A stretch of DNA of 64,000 bases from an uncultured Chloroflexia bacterium (GTDB taxonomy: Bacteria > Chloroflexota > Dehalococcoidia > UBA2979): positions 256,001 to 320,000 of the forward strand of contig CAVSIV010000006.1 of NCBI GenBank assembly GCA_963728205.1, given 5' to 3'. The translations under genes and the position numbers were made by a program. The notes beneath the pieces were generated by a model. That model was not told the origin of the DNA and did not search any database. It was given only the letters and a program-made list of their open reading frames with translations. Every line of letters starts with the position of its first letter. Positions within the stretch are counted from its first letter, which is position 1. Positions 29,631-39,490 of the stretch are shown here, in pieces.

Positions 29631-29782
29631 GCAGCTGACGCGCCGCCGGGCGCGGACGTGGCCAGCGAGCGGCGCTCGCGGGGCGAGGGCCGGCGCGTCG
29701 CCGGCGGCGGCGAGCGGGTCACGCAGCCCGCGTCGGCAGCGGACCGTGGCGGCGCCGGCACGCTCGAGGCGCGGGCGATGGC

Positions 29783-30217
29783 TCAGTCCGCGGCGGCGGG
29801 CGAGGGCGCGCCGGGCAACTCGACGCGCAGCATCAGCAACGCCGTCACCACCGCGTGCAGGACAGAGATGACCGTCAGCGTCCACGCGATGCGCGCGACC
29901 GACTGGCCGGCGCGGAAGTCGCTCACGAGCACGAGGAAGTAGATCACCACCGCCACGCCGACCAGGCGCGCGCCCAGCGTGCGCCAGTCCGGGTTCAGGT
30001 CGCGGAACCGCACCCGGTAGACGTACGCAACGAGGACGACGAGGTGCAGGGCCAGCAGGAAGCCCACGTAGAGCAGGGAGGGAATGCGGGCCTTCTCGGA
30101 GATCAGCGGCAGCAGCGCGAAGGCCGCGACGAACTCGGTGAGCACCTTCGCGCCGAGCAGGCCCGGGTTGTCGACGCCGAAGCGAAGACCCCGCTCACCG
30201 AATCGAATGCTGGTCAT
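29783..30217 (-). CDS. Hypothetical four-TM membrane protein
   Basis: Four hydrophobic helices; GAGG RBS. Confidence 0.7.
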   Translation of the reverse strand: MTSIRFGERGLRFGVDNPGLLGAKVLTEFVAAFALLPLISEKARIPSLLYVGFLLALHLVVLVAYVYRVRFRDLNPDWRTLGARLVGVAVVIYFLVLVSDFRAGQSVARIAWTLTVISVLHAVVTALLMLRVELPGAPSPAAAD

Positions 30218-30359
30218 GCGCGACCTCGCAGCCTCGCGGCAGGCGCCGCGTGCTGGCTCACGCTAGCGTCGACGGCTGCAGTTTGGAAGCGGCGGCGGCG
30301 GCGCCACGCGTACGATTCGCGGACCCCGCGCCCGACGCGCGGTCGGGCAGGAGGCGTAC

Positions 30360-31433
30360 GTGACGTGGTGGTCGGCGATCGAGATCGTCGCCGGGCTGGC
30401 GATCCTCTTCGTCGTGCTGCAGGACGCGTTTCGCGTCGTCGTGATGCCGCGGCCGCACTACGGGTTTGGCGTGGGCAAGGTGCTGCTGCTGATCGCGTGG
30501 CGCGTGTGGCGCCCGCTGGGCACGCGACTGCGATCGGTCGGCCGGCGCGAGAGCATGCTGGGGGCCTTCGCGCCGCTGGCACTGCTCGTGCTGCTGACGT
30601 TCTGGGTGGTCGGGCTCGTCCTCGGCTACGGGCTGCTCGTGCACGCGCTGCGCGACGAGCTGCGACCGGTGCCGGCCGACTTCGGCACGGCGCTCTACGT
30701 GACCGGGACGTCGCTGCTCACGCTGGGCTTCGGGGACATCGTGCCGACCGGCTTCGCGGCGCGCGTCGTGATCCTGGTCACCGCGGCGTCGGGGCCGGCG
30801 CTCGTCGGGCTCGTGCTGTCGCTGCTGTTCTCGCTGTACGCGTCGTACCAGCGTCGCGAGGCGCTGATCACGACGCTCGACGCGCGCGCCGGCGCGCCGC
30901 CGTCGGGCGTGCGGCTGCTGGAGACCTACGCGGCGCTCGACATGGTGGGCGACCTGCCGGCGCTGTTCGCCGAGTGGGAGCGCTGGACGGCCGAGGTGCT
31001 CGACAGCCACCTCGCCTACCCGCCGCTCGCGTTCTTCCGCTCCAGCCACGACAGCGAGTCGTGGATCAGCGCGCTCGGCGCCGTGCTCGACGCCGCCACG
31101 CTCGTGCTCTCGTCGGTCGAACGGGTGCCCGGAGGCGCGGCGCAGCTGCTCTACGACATCGGCGTGCACGCGGTCGAGGACCTCACGCACTACTTCCGGC
31201 TCACGCACGAGCACGAGATCGCCGTGGAGCCGGCGGAGTTCGCCGACGCGATCGCGGGGCTGGCGGCCGCGGGCTACGCGCTGCGCGCGCCGGACGAGGC
31301 GTGGCGCGCCTTCAGCGAGCTGCGGTCACGGTACGCGGGGCCGCTGAACACGCTCGCGCGCGAGTGGGCGACCCCGCCGGCGATGTGGATCGGCGACCGC
31401 CTGCAGCTGCGCGACCGCGAGCAGCACGCCTAG
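30360..31433 (+). CDS. Potassium-channel family protein
   Basis: Pore signature TSLLTLGFGDIVP; HLAYPPLAFFRS; SWISALGAVLD. Confidence 0.88.
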   Translation: MTWWSAIEIVAGLAILFVVLQDAFRVVVMPRPHYGFGVGKVLLLIAWRVWRPLGTRLRSVGRRESMLGAFAPLALLVLLTFWVVGLVLGYGLLVHALRDELRPVPADFGTALYVTGTSLLTLGFGDIVPTGFAARVVILVTAASGPALVGLVLSLLFSLYASYQRREALITTLDARAGAPPSGVRLLETYAALDMVGDLPALFAEWERWTAEVLDSHLAYPPLAFFRSSHDSESWISALGAVLDAATLVLSSVERVPGGAAQLLYDIGVHAVEDLTHYFRLTHEHEIAVEPAEFADAIAGLAAAGYALRAPDEAWRAFSELRSRYAGPLNTLAREWATPPAMWIGDRLQLRDREQHA

Positions 31434-31720
31434 GGAGCGGCGACGCGGGCATCCGACACGCGGGGCGCGGCGGCCCCGTGGGCGATGGCGGGCGCGGCGC
31501 GCGCGACGGCGTCGCGGAAGAGCTCGAGCGCGCCCTCGTGGCAGAGCCCGTTGACGCGGCCGGCGACGTAGTCGCCCGCGGCGAGCGCCAGCAGGCGCGC
31601 GGCCGCAGCGTCGGCATCGGGCGCGCCGGCGGCGAGCGCCGCCGCGTGAGCAGCGGCCACGACGTCTCGACGGTCGTCGGGCGGCAGGTCGGCGAGGAGG
31701 GCGGCGGTCTCGGGATCCAT
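31430..31720 (-). CDS. Small helical hypothetical protein
   Basis: Contains GLCHEGALE motif; stop overlaps the channel stop. Confidence 0.5.
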   Translation of the reverse strand: MDPETAALLADLPPDDRRDVVAAAHAAALAAGAPDADAAAARLLALAAGDYVAGRVNGLCHEGALELFRDAVARAAPAIAHGAAAPRVSDARVAAP

Positions 31721-31775
31721 GTGGCGATGGTACGCCGCGGGAGCCCGCATCGCGTCTCGTCCGAAATACTTGATA

Positions 31776-31804
31776 TTGTCTACTGACTTAGTTGTGTATA
31801 GACT
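31776..31804 (+). promoter_or_regulatory. Sigma70-type promoter in AT-rich patch
   Basis: TTGTCT-N17-TAGACT, with GTCTA/TAGAC inverted repeat. Confidence 0.6.
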
Positions 31805-31859
31805 GAGCGACATCGTCGGGGCCCGCCTCGGGCTCCCGCGCACGCACGGGAGGACAGCC

Positions 31860-32003
31860 ATGATGGACACGCTTCCGCGCCCGCTCGTCCGCCGTGCCGA
31901 GGTGGCGCGCAGCCAGTGGCGCCCCTGGATCACCGCCTTTCTCGCCTCGCTGATGCTGGTCGGCGGCGGCTGGATCGCGTCGGTCTGGCCCCGGCCGTTC
32001 TAG
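31860..32003 (+). CDS. Small single-TM protein (47 aa)
   Basis: GGGAGGA RBS; MMDTLPRP...WITAFLASLMLVGGGWIASVW. Confidence 0.6.
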   Translation: MMDTLPRPLVRRAEVARSQWRPWITAFLASLMLVGGGWIASVWPRPF

Positions 32004-32097
32004 CTCGAGCCGCCACCGGGCTCGGGCAGCGGGCTGCATCATTTGGGCCGGGCGACCGATGGTTGAAGCGAGCGGGACGTGCCGAAGAGGGCCGTGG

Positions 32098-32487
32098 ATG
32101 ACTCGAGACCGGCGAGCCGTGCAGCGTGTGAACGTCGCCATCCGGCCGTGGCGCGTCGACCTGCTCGGTGAGCCCGCCGCGCCCGGTTCGCTCGGCGGCG
32201 TCGTGGAGATCCTCGACCTCAGCAGCACGGGCGCGCGCCTGAGCATCGCGGGCGACGTGCACGTCGACGACCGCCTCGCGCTCGACTTCCAGTACCGCAA
32301 TCGCCGCTTCACGGTCCCGGGGCGCGTCGTGTGGGCGCGCGCCGAGGAGGACGAGCCCGAGGAGCGCGAGGTCGGCCTCGTCTTCGAGGATGTGCCCGCG
32401 TTGACGCAGGCACGGCTCGAGAGCGTGCTCGGGCGGCAGGCCGCGCTCAACCGGTCGCTGCCCGGTGCGGGTGCCGCCGCGTCCTGA
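32098..32487 (+). CDS. Stand-alone PilZ-domain protein
   Basis: RRAVQR (RxxxR) and DLSSTG (DxSxxG); GRVVW; VGLVF. Confidence 0.88.
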   Translation: MTRDRRAVQRVNVAIRPWRVDLLGEPAAPGSLGGVVEILDLSSTGARLSIAGDVHVDDRLALDFQYRNRRFTVPGRVVWARAEEDEPEEREVGLVFEDVPALTQARLESVLGRQAALNRSLPGAGAAAS

Positions 32488-32577
32488 GCGTCGTCGCCGC
32501 GCGCCTCAGGACGCCGCGCTCCGACCGCATCGCGGCGTCCTGAGGCGTCGCCAATCGCCGCGCCGGGGGCCCGCCCC

Positions 32578-32686
32578 GGAACCGCCCTGCAACCCCCACG
32601 TAGCCCCACCGCAGGGGACGCGAAGTGCGCCGGTAGCGTGCTCGCAATCCGCCGTTCACGGTGCCGACATGCCCGCTGCCTAGCCT
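32578..32686 (+). promoter_or_regulatory. GlnR-like 11-bp periodic box array plus -10 (promoter 1)
   Basis: Pentamers GGAAC, GCAAC, GTAGC, GCAGG, GAAGT, GTAGC, GCAAT, TTCAC, GACAT at exact 11-nt spacing from 32578; TAGCCT at 32681. Confidence 0.7.
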
Positions 32687-32721
32687 CGATGCTCAGCCCC
32701 GCAGAGCGAAGGAGAGGCACC

Positions 32722-34425
32722 ATGCCCGCACCCGAGAAGCCGCGGATCGCCGTGTTCTCCGGCCCAACCGCGACCATCCAGAACAGCCCGCCGCTGGTCA
32801 CGAGCAACAAGGCGCGCGCAGCGCACGCCCTGCCGCTCCTCGCCGATCCGGACGGCGCACCGTCGCGCTTCGACACGCTGCGCGCGCAGCGCCTCGCCGC
32901 GCCGGTCACCGTCTACGTCGACGCGCTCAGCGCCCACCCGCTCGAGCGCGACGCCCCCGAGCTCTGCGCCGCTGCGGACGGCTACCTCGACGCCGCCGGC
33001 GCGTTTCACGAGGAGCCGACGAGCCCGGCCGACCGCGCGGTGTACCGGGTGACGCTCGACCCGACAGACGGCCTGTACCTGCTCCCCTACATGGCGCGCC
33101 AGGCGAACGGCGAGGCGTGGGACGACGCGACCGCGTTCCCCTTCGCGCCCCAGGAGCAGTCGCGCCAGACGTTCTATCCCGACGCCCACCGCATCTACGA
33201 GGAGATCGACCGCTTCGGCCTGGACGGCGCGGGACGCAACTGCATGCTGTCGTCGGTCGCCACGTTCGACTTCTACCGGCCGGCGCCTTCGGGCGGCTAC
33301 AAGCACGGCCTGTCCGCGGCCGCGCGCACCGACACCGGCGAGGGCGACCTCGCGCCGGAGGCGCTCGGCGAGGACTTTTTCATCTACTACCCGCGACACC
33401 TTCGCGCGGAACCGCACATGGCGTCGCTGGCGCGCGCGACCAACGTGGTGCAGCGCGCCATGGCCACCGGCAGGTACGCCGGCGCGCAGTGGCTCGAAGG
33501 CAGCCCGACCACCGAGGAGTCGATGTACTGGCTGAACCTGCTGGTCGACACGCAGGTGCCGCTGGTCGGCCACTCGGCGCAGCGACCGCACCAGACGCTG
33601 AGCGCCGACGGCGATCGCAACATCGCCGACGGCGTGAAGTACATCCTCTCGGGCATCTGGCGAAACGGCGGCGCGGCCGACGTCGTGGGCGGCGTGATGA
33701 TCGTCGACGAGGTCGTGTTCGCGGCGCGCGAGGTGACGAAGACCGACGCGCGTCCCGGCAACTACCAGGCCACCGGTGGCCACGGCGGCATCGTCGCGCT
33801 GATGGGCGGCCACGGCGACCCGCAACTCACCTATCTCCCGACGAAGCGCCACACCGCCTCGTCCGAGGTGAACCTCGCGCGCATCCCGGCGGCGGTGCCC
33901 GGCGTGCGGGCGACCGACGCCGGGATCCAGTCGTTTGCCGTCGCGGTGAAGGACGCCGACGGCGGGCTCGTGCCGGACGCGATGCCGAAAGTGACGATCG
34001 CGAAGTACGCGCGCTACCAGTCGGACGGCTCGGACGCGAACCCCGAGCGCGAGGTCGAGATCATGTCGCGGATCGCGAGCAACCTGGCCGAGTCGCCGCT
34101 GGCCGGGTTCGTCGGCGAGGGCGCGTCGCCGTACGGCTCGATGAACCGCGGCACGGACAACGCGCTGCAGCGGGCGGCGTTCAGCGGGATGCCGGTCGTG
34201 CGCTGCGGCCGCGGGTCGACGGGCGGCCTCGCGAGCAAGACGGACGGCGTGACGATCGCGGGGAGCAACCTGACGTCGACGAAGGCGCGCATGCTGCTGA
34301 TGGCCTCGCTGCTGCGCTTCGGCGCGCTGCCGCCGGCGCGCGACCCGTCGGCGCCGACGCCGGACGAGGTCGCGGCCACGATTGCGAAGGTCGCGGAGTA
34401 CCAGGCCGTGTTCGATACGCACTAA
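32722..34425 (+). CDS. Atypical asparaginase-fold protein
   Basis: IAVFSGPTATI, EGSPTTEESMYWL, SAQRP..ADGDRNI, AREVTKTD, NLTSTKARMLL. Confidence 0.8.
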   Translation: MPAPEKPRIAVFSGPTATIQNSPPLVTSNKARAAHALPLLADPDGAPSRFDTLRAQRLAAPVTVYVDALSAHPLERDAPELCAAADGYLDAAGAFHEEPTSPADRAVYRVTLDPTDGLYLLPYMARQANGEAWDDATAFPFAPQEQSRQTFYPDAHRIYEEIDRFGLDGAGRNCMLSSVATFDFYRPAPSGGYKHGLSAAARTDTGEGDLAPEALGEDFFIYYPRHLRAEPHMASLARATNVVQRAMATGRYAGAQWLEGSPTTEESMYWLNLLVDTQVPLVGHSAQRPHQTLSADGDRNIADGVKYILSGIWRNGGAADVVGGVMIVDEVVFAAREVTKTDARPGNYQATGGHGGIVALMGGHGDPQLTYLPTKRHTASSEVNLARIPAAVPGVRATDAGIQSFAVAVKDADGGLVPDAMPKVTIAKYARYQSDGSDANPEREVEIMSRIASNLAESPLAGFVGEGASPYGSMNRGTDNALQRAAFSGMPVVRCGRGSTGGLASKTDGVTIAGSNLTSTKARMLLMASLLRFGALPPARDPSAPTPDEVAATIAKVAEYQAVFDTH

Positions 34426-34450
34426 CGGACCACGACCGGTGTGGGTGGAG

Positions 34451-34474
34451 GGAGGGGGCCGCGGGGCCCCCTCC
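34451..34474. terminator. Hairpin between convergent genes
   Basis: GGAGGGGGCC-GCGG-GGCCCCCTCC. Confidence 0.6.
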
Positions 34475-34476
34475 TG

Positions 34477-34610
34477 GCGAGCGGCAGGCGTAGGTCCTGC
34501 CGTGCGGCCGGGTTGCCGAGCAGGACGCCGCGGCCGCGCGCAGCTCGCGCGGCGATCCGATGCGGGGCTCGCCGGCGCCGCACACGGCAGGACTGACGCC
34601 TGCCGCTCGC
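34477..34610. repeat. REP-like family B inverted pair
   Basis: GCGAGCGGCAGGCGTAGGTCCTGCCGTG (34477-34504) and inverted copy (34583-34610). Confidence 0.75.
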
Positions 34611-34713
34611 GGGGGCCGCGCGCGCGACCGGACCGGCCCGCCGGCACGCGCACGGACCGGCCGGGGAGTGACCGCCCGGCCGGTCCGTGCGCGTGGTGCC
34701 GGGACGCCGCGCG

Positions 34714-36129
34714 CTACGACGCGGCGGCGACCGCCTCCGCGATCGGCGGCACCTCGAGGTGCCACGCCGTCGCCTGCTGGTACGCGTACCCCGCGCGCAG
34801 CACCGTCGCCTCCGCGAACGGGGCGCCGACGATCTGCGCCGAGAGCGGCAGGCCATCGGCCGAGAAGCCCGTTGGCACCGCCAGCGCGGGGTAGCCGAGC
34901 AGGTTGAACGGGCCGGTGTAGCTCGGCTGCAGCAGCCGCTTCGCCATGTCCATGTCGGACGCGACCTGCGCCGGCTGCGTATTCGTCGGCGTGACCAGCA
35001 CGTCGACGCCGGCCATCACCTTCGCCGCCTCGCGCGCGAACCACGAGCGGAAGCGCTGCGCCTGCACGTAGTCGGCGGCGGTGTAGAAGGCGCCGCGGCC
35101 GATGATCATGCGCGTGCCTGACCCGTAGTGCGTCCACTTCGGGCCGGCCATGTCGACGCGGTGGTAGGCGAACGCCTCCGACACCATCGTGATGGTGTTC
35201 GCGTCCTTGGCCAGCGCCGCGTGCGGCAGGTTCACCGCGACGATCTCGGCGCCGCCGGCGCGCAGCACGTCGATCACCTGCTCGGCGCCCGCCTTCGTCT
35301 CCGGCTCGAGCGCAGGGTGGTCGAAGAAGTACTCGGTCGGCACGCCGACGCGCAGGCCGGCGACGCCGCCCTCGATGCCGGCGAGGTAGTCGTCGACCGG
35401 CGCGGTGCCGGCGGAGGGGTCGCGCGGGTCATGGCCGGCCATCGCCTGCAGGATCGCGGCGCAGTCCCACGCGGAGCGCGCCATCGGGCCGATGGAGTCG
35501 AGCGAGTAGCCGAGCGGCACGCACCCCCACTTCGGCACGCGGCCGTAGGTGACCTTCAGGCCGGTGTGGCCGCAGGCGGCGGCCGGGAAGCGGACCGAAC
35601 CGCCGGTGTCGGTGCCGAGGCCGCCGAGCACCATGCCGGTCGCCACCGCGATGCCGGTGCCGGACGACGAGCCGCCCGGCGTGCGCTCGAGGTTCCACGG
35701 GTTGCGCGGAATCGGGAAGCCCTTCGTGGGGTCCGGCGGGCCGAGCGCGAACTCCGAGAGCACGAGCTTGCCCATCAGGATCGCGCCGGTGGCGCGGATG
35801 CGCTCCGAGGCGACGGAGTCGTAGCCGCGGCCCCAGGCGCGGTCGAGCACCAGGCTGTTCGCGGTGCTGTCGACGTCCTTCGTCGCGAGGACGTCCTTCA
35901 GCGCGAAGGGGATGCCCTGCAGCGGGCCGCGGTCGACGCCGGCCGCGAGGTCGGCGTCGGCCTGCGCGGCGGACGCCAGCGCGGACTCGTCGGTGACGGT
36001 GATGAACGCGCCGACCCGATCGTTGAGGCGCAGGATGCGCTCGAGCGACGTGCGGGTGAGCTCGGCGCTGGTGACGGTTCCGGCGCGCAGAGCGGCGGCG
36101 GCCTCGCGGATCGTGAGCGGGGATGACAT
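34714..36129 (-). CDS. Amidase signature family enzyme (AtzE-like context)
   Basis: PFALKDV, GGSSSG, GTDTGGSVRFPA. Confidence 0.93.
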   Translation of the reverse strand: MSSPLTIREAAAALRAGTVTSAELTRTSLERILRLNDRVGAFITVTDESALASAAQADADLAAGVDRGPLQGIPFALKDVLATKDVDSTANSLVLDRAWGRGYDSVASERIRATGAILMGKLVLSEFALGPPDPTKGFPIPRNPWNLERTPGGSSSGTGIAVATGMVLGGLGTDTGGSVRFPAAACGHTGLKVTYGRVPKWGCVPLGYSLDSIGPMARSAWDCAAILQAMAGHDPRDPSAGTAPVDDYLAGIEGGVAGLRVGVPTEYFFDHPALEPETKAGAEQVIDVLRAGGAEIVAVNLPHAALAKDANTITMVSEAFAYHRVDMAGPKWTHYGSGTRMIIGRGAFYTAADYVQAQRFRSWFAREAAKVMAGVDVLVTPTNTQPAQVASDMDMAKRLLQPSYTGPFNLLGYPALAVPTGFSADGLPLSAQIVGAPFAEATVLRAGYAYQQATAWHLEVPPIAEAVAAAS

Positions 36130-36191
36130 CGGGGCTCCTTCTCGGACGCGCGGGTGGGCCCGCGGGAGTGGGACGCGCGGCGGCGCCAGCG

Positions 36192-36398
36192 CTACGCGGC
36201 CTCCGGCGGCGGGGCGACCGGCGTGAAGATCAGCGCGGGCTCCTCGTAGCGGACCTCGGGGATGTCGAGGCTGTCCGCGCCGGCGCGGAGCGTCGGGTAC
36301 ATCGTCACGAACGACTCGAACTCCTCGTCGCTGACCGGCAGGCCGGCTGACTCGACGAGGCCGCGGACCGCCGCGCGCACATCGCTCGGCTCGGGCAT
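36192..36398 (-). CDS. Small amidase partner protein (AtzG/GatC-like)
   Basis: 68 aa directly upstream of the amidase; AGLPVSDEE ... EPALIF; AAAGGAG RBS. Confidence 0.75.
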   Translation of the reverse strand: MPEPSDVRAAVRGLVESAGLPVSDEEFESFVTMYPTLRAGADSLDIPEVRYEEPALIFTPVAPPPEAA

Positions 36399-36429
36399 GG
36401 GTGGGCTCCTTTCGCGATGAACCGGGTGG

Positions 36430-37539
36430 CTAGGCGATGGGTGGGTCCAGCACGGGGAGCGGCTGGGCGGGAGCGCTCGCGCGTTCCGCGCGCCCGGAGG
36501 ACGGCGCGTAGAGGTGGCACGCGACCTGGTGGCCGGGCTCGGGCTCGGTGACCGGCGGGCGGACCGCGGCGCAGACGTCCATCGCGGCGGGGCAGCGGGT
36601 GCGGAAGCGGCAGCCCGACGGCGGGTTGAGCGGGCTCGGGAGCTCGCCCCCCAGCGGCTGCGCCGCGCGCGCGGGCTCGTCGTCGTGCAGGCGCGGGATC
36701 GAGGCGAGCAGCGCCTGGCTGTAGGGGTGCAGCGGCTTCGCGTAGAGCTGGTCGGAGTCGCACACCTCGACCGCCTGGCCGAGATACATGACGCAAACCT
36801 GGTCGCTCACGTACTCGACGACGTTGAGGTCGTGACTGATGAAGACGTAGGTGAGGTCGAGCTCCTCCTGCAGATCCTTCAACAAGTTGAGCACCTGCGC
36901 CTGCACCGACTTGTCGAGCGCCGACACCGCCTCGTCGCACACCACGAGCTTCGGCCGCAGCGCGAGCGCCCGCGCGATGTTCACGCGCTGCCGCTGGCCG
37001 CCGCTGAGCTGGTGCGGGTAGTGCGACGCGTGGTTGGGGTGCAGGCCGACCTGGCGCAGGAGCAGCTCGGTGCGCTCGCGGCGCTCCCCGGCCGGCACGC
37101 CGTGCACCCGCATCGGGAACGCGATGATCTCGCCGATCGCGGCGCGCGGGTTGAGCGACGAGTGCGGGTCCTGGAACACCATCTGCATGTTGCGGCGCAA
37201 CGTCTTGCGGACCCGGCCGAACTGCAGCGTGCGGCGATGCGTGAACGCCCGGCCGACGTCGGTCCCGTCGAAGACGACCTGTCCGGCGTCGAACGGGATC
37301 AGCCCGAGGATCAGCCGCGCGGCCGTCGACTTCCCGCAGCCGGACTCGCCGACGATGCCCATCGTCGTGCCGCGCTTCACCCGGAACGAGAGCGCGTCGA
37401 CCGCGGACACCGCGCCGCGCTCGAAGAGCCCGAGGCGGACCGGGAACTGCTTGCTGATGGCGCGCACGTCGAGCAGCGTGTCGTCCTCGCGGGACGGCGG
37501 GGTCGCGGCGCGTGCGAGCGGGGCGGTCGTCGTGGTCAT
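36430..37539 (-). CDS. Oligopeptide/dipeptide ABC ATPase (DppF/OppF-like)
   Basis: GESGCGKST, LSGGQRQR, CDEAVSALD, HPYSQALL, CRFRTRC. Confidence 0.93.
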   Translation of the reverse strand: MTTTTAPLARAATPPSREDDTLLDVRAISKQFPVRLGLFERGAVSAVDALSFRVKRGTTMGIVGESGCGKSTAARLILGLIPFDAGQVVFDGTDVGRAFTHRRTLQFGRVRKTLRRNMQMVFQDPHSSLNPRAAIGEIIAFPMRVHGVPAGERRERTELLLRQVGLHPNHASHYPHQLSGGQRQRVNIARALALRPKLVVCDEAVSALDKSVQAQVLNLLKDLQEELDLTYVFISHDLNVVEYVSDQVCVMYLGQAVEVCDSDQLYAKPLHPYSQALLASIPRLHDDEPARAAQPLGGELPSPLNPPSGCRFRTRCPAAMDVCAAVRPPVTEPEPGHQVACHLYAPSSGRAERASAPAQPLPVLDPPIA

Positions 37540-37603
37540 GGCGCGCTCCTGTCGGTGCGCCCGCCGCGTGGGTCCGCGGCGGGCGTGTGGCACGGCTCGT
37601 CGG

Positions 37604-38515
37604 CTAGTCCTTCACGTCGAGCGCGTCGCGGATCGCGTCCGCGAGCACGTTGAACGCGGTGGAGGTGACAAAGATGAAGAGGCCGGGCAGCGCGGCGACC
37701 CAGGGGTTCACGTAGATGGTCCCGCGCAGGCTGTTGAGCATGTAGCCCCACTCGGGCGCGGGCGGCTTCACGCCGAGGCCGAGGAAGGACAGGCTCGCGG
37801 CGATCACGATCGAGAGGCCGACCAGCCCGGAGGCGTAGACGAAGATCGGGCTGAAGATGTTGGCCAGGACCTGGGTGACCAGGATCTTCGGCATCGAGGC
37901 GCCGGTGAGCCGCGCCGCCTCGATGAACTCCGCGACCACGACCTTGCGCGTGGCGGCCTCTGCGACGCGGGCGATCGGCGAGATGTAGATCACGGACATC
38001 GAGATGATCACGTTGACGATCCCCGGGCCGAGCGACGCGGAGATCGCGATCGCGAGCAGCACCGCGGGGAACGCGTAAAACATGTCCATCAGGCGCATGA
38101 TCAGCGCGGCCACCCAGCCGCCGACGAACCCGGCCAGCGCGCCGAGCGCCGTCCCGATCACGGTCGCGAAGAGCACGGGCGCGAGCCCCGCGAGCAGCGA
38201 CAGCCGGCCGCCGTAGAGCAGCCGCGTGAGCATGTCGCGACCGAGCTCGTCGGTGCCGAGGACGTGGCCGGGGGCGCCGATCGGCATCAGGCGGTCGAGC
38301 GCGACGCCGACGTTCGGGTCCGCGCTCGTGAGCAGCGGCGCGCACACCGCGCCCAGCACCAGCGCCAGCAGCACGGCGAGCGCGCCCGTCCCCATCCAGT
38401 TGCGCACGAACCGCCGGCGCCCCGCCTGCAGGTACGACTCCGGCGCGGCCGGGACGTCGTCCCGCGCCCACTCGGCCGCAAGCGACGTGTCGAAGGTCGG
38501 GTCGAAGGTCGTCAT
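37604..38515 (-). CDS. ABC permease (DppC/OppC-like)
   Basis: LGTDELGRD, EFIEAARLTGAS, LSFLGLG..PPAPEWG. Confidence 0.93.
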   Translation of the reverse strand: MTTFDPTFDTSLAAEWARDDVPAAPESYLQAGRRRFVRNWMGTGALAVLLALVLGAVCAPLLTSADPNVGVALDRLMPIGAPGHVLGTDELGRDMLTRLLYGGRLSLLAGLAPVLFATVIGTALGALAGFVGGWVAALIMRLMDMFYAFPAVLLAIAISASLGPGIVNVIISMSVIYISPIARVAEAATRKVVVAEFIEAARLTGASMPKILVTQVLANIFSPIFVYASGLVGLSIVIAASLSFLGLGVKPPAPEWGYMLNSLRGTIYVNPWVAALPGLFIFVTSTAFNVLADAIRDALDVKD

Positions 38516-38545
38516 CGGGCGATCCCTTTCCCTGTCCGGCGGCCG

Positions 38546-39490
38546 CTATGCCGCACGCTTCTGGCGCGGGTCGAAGGTGACCTGGAAGACGTCGACGGCG
38601 AGGTTGAGCAGCACGAACGTCACGGCGATCACGAGCGTCGTCGCCTGCACGACGAGCAGGTCGCGCGCGGTGATCGCGTTGAAGACGAGCTGCCCGAGGC
38701 CCGGCCACGAGAAGATGGTCTCGATCAGCACCGAGCCGCCGAGCAGGTAGCCGACCTGCAGGCCGGACGTGGTGAGCACCGGCGAGATCGCGTTCTTGCC
38801 GACGTGCCAGAGCACCTGCCACTCGCGCAGGCCCTTGGCCCGCAGCATGTCGACGAACTCCGCCTGGTAGGTCTCGACGATGGCGGCGCGGGTCACGCGC
38901 GCGGTGATCGCGATCGTGATCAGCGATCCCGAGAGCACCGGCATGACCAGGTGCCGGACGTACTCGGTAACGCCGCCGCCGAGGTCGCCGATCCCGCCCG
39001 CCGGCAACACCTTGAGCTGCGCCGAGAACACGATCAGCAGCACGATCGCGACCCAGAACGACGGCACGCTCAACCCCACGATCGAGAGGAGCGTGACGCC
39101 GCGATCGATCGGCGACCCGCGATAGACCCCCGCGAGACTGCCCGCGAGGATGCCCAGCGTGAGCCCGAAGACCGCCGAGACGCCGGCGAGGACGGCCGTG
39201 TTCTTCCACGCCGACGCGATCAGGTCGGAGACGTCGCGGCGGCGGTACGGCGAGTAGCCGAAGTTGCCGTGCGCCACGTCGCCGAGCCAGATCACGTAGC
39301 GGATGGGCAGCGGGCGGTTCAGCCCGAGACTCTCCGCGAGCGCCGCCCGATCGGCGGGAGTGGCGTCCGCGGGCAGCAGCGTCGCGATCGGGTCGCCGGG
39401 CAGGATCGAGAGCAGCAGCCAGATCAGGATCGAGACCCCGAGCAGCGTCGGGATCGCCATGCCGAGCCGGCGGGCGATGATCATCAGCAT
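38546..39490 (-). CDS. ABC permease (DppB/OppB-like)
   Basis: PGDP, GNFGYS, SVPSFW, RAKGL, IETIFSWPGLG. Confidence 0.93.
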   Translation of the reverse strand: MLMIIARRLGMAIPTLLGVSILIWLLLSILPGDPIATLLPADATPADRAALAESLGLNRPLPIRYVIWLGDVAHGNFGYSPYRRRDVSDLIASAWKNTAVLAGVSAVFGLTLGILAGSLAGVYRGSPIDRGVTLLSIVGLSVPSFWVAIVLLIVFSAQLKVLPAGGIGDLGGGVTEYVRHLVMPVLSGSLITIAITARVTRAAIVETYQAEFVDMLRAKGLREWQVLWHVGKNAISPVLTTSGLQVGYLLGGSVLIETIFSWPGLGQLVFNAITARDLLVVQATTLVIAVTFVLLNLAVDVFQVTFDPRQKRAA

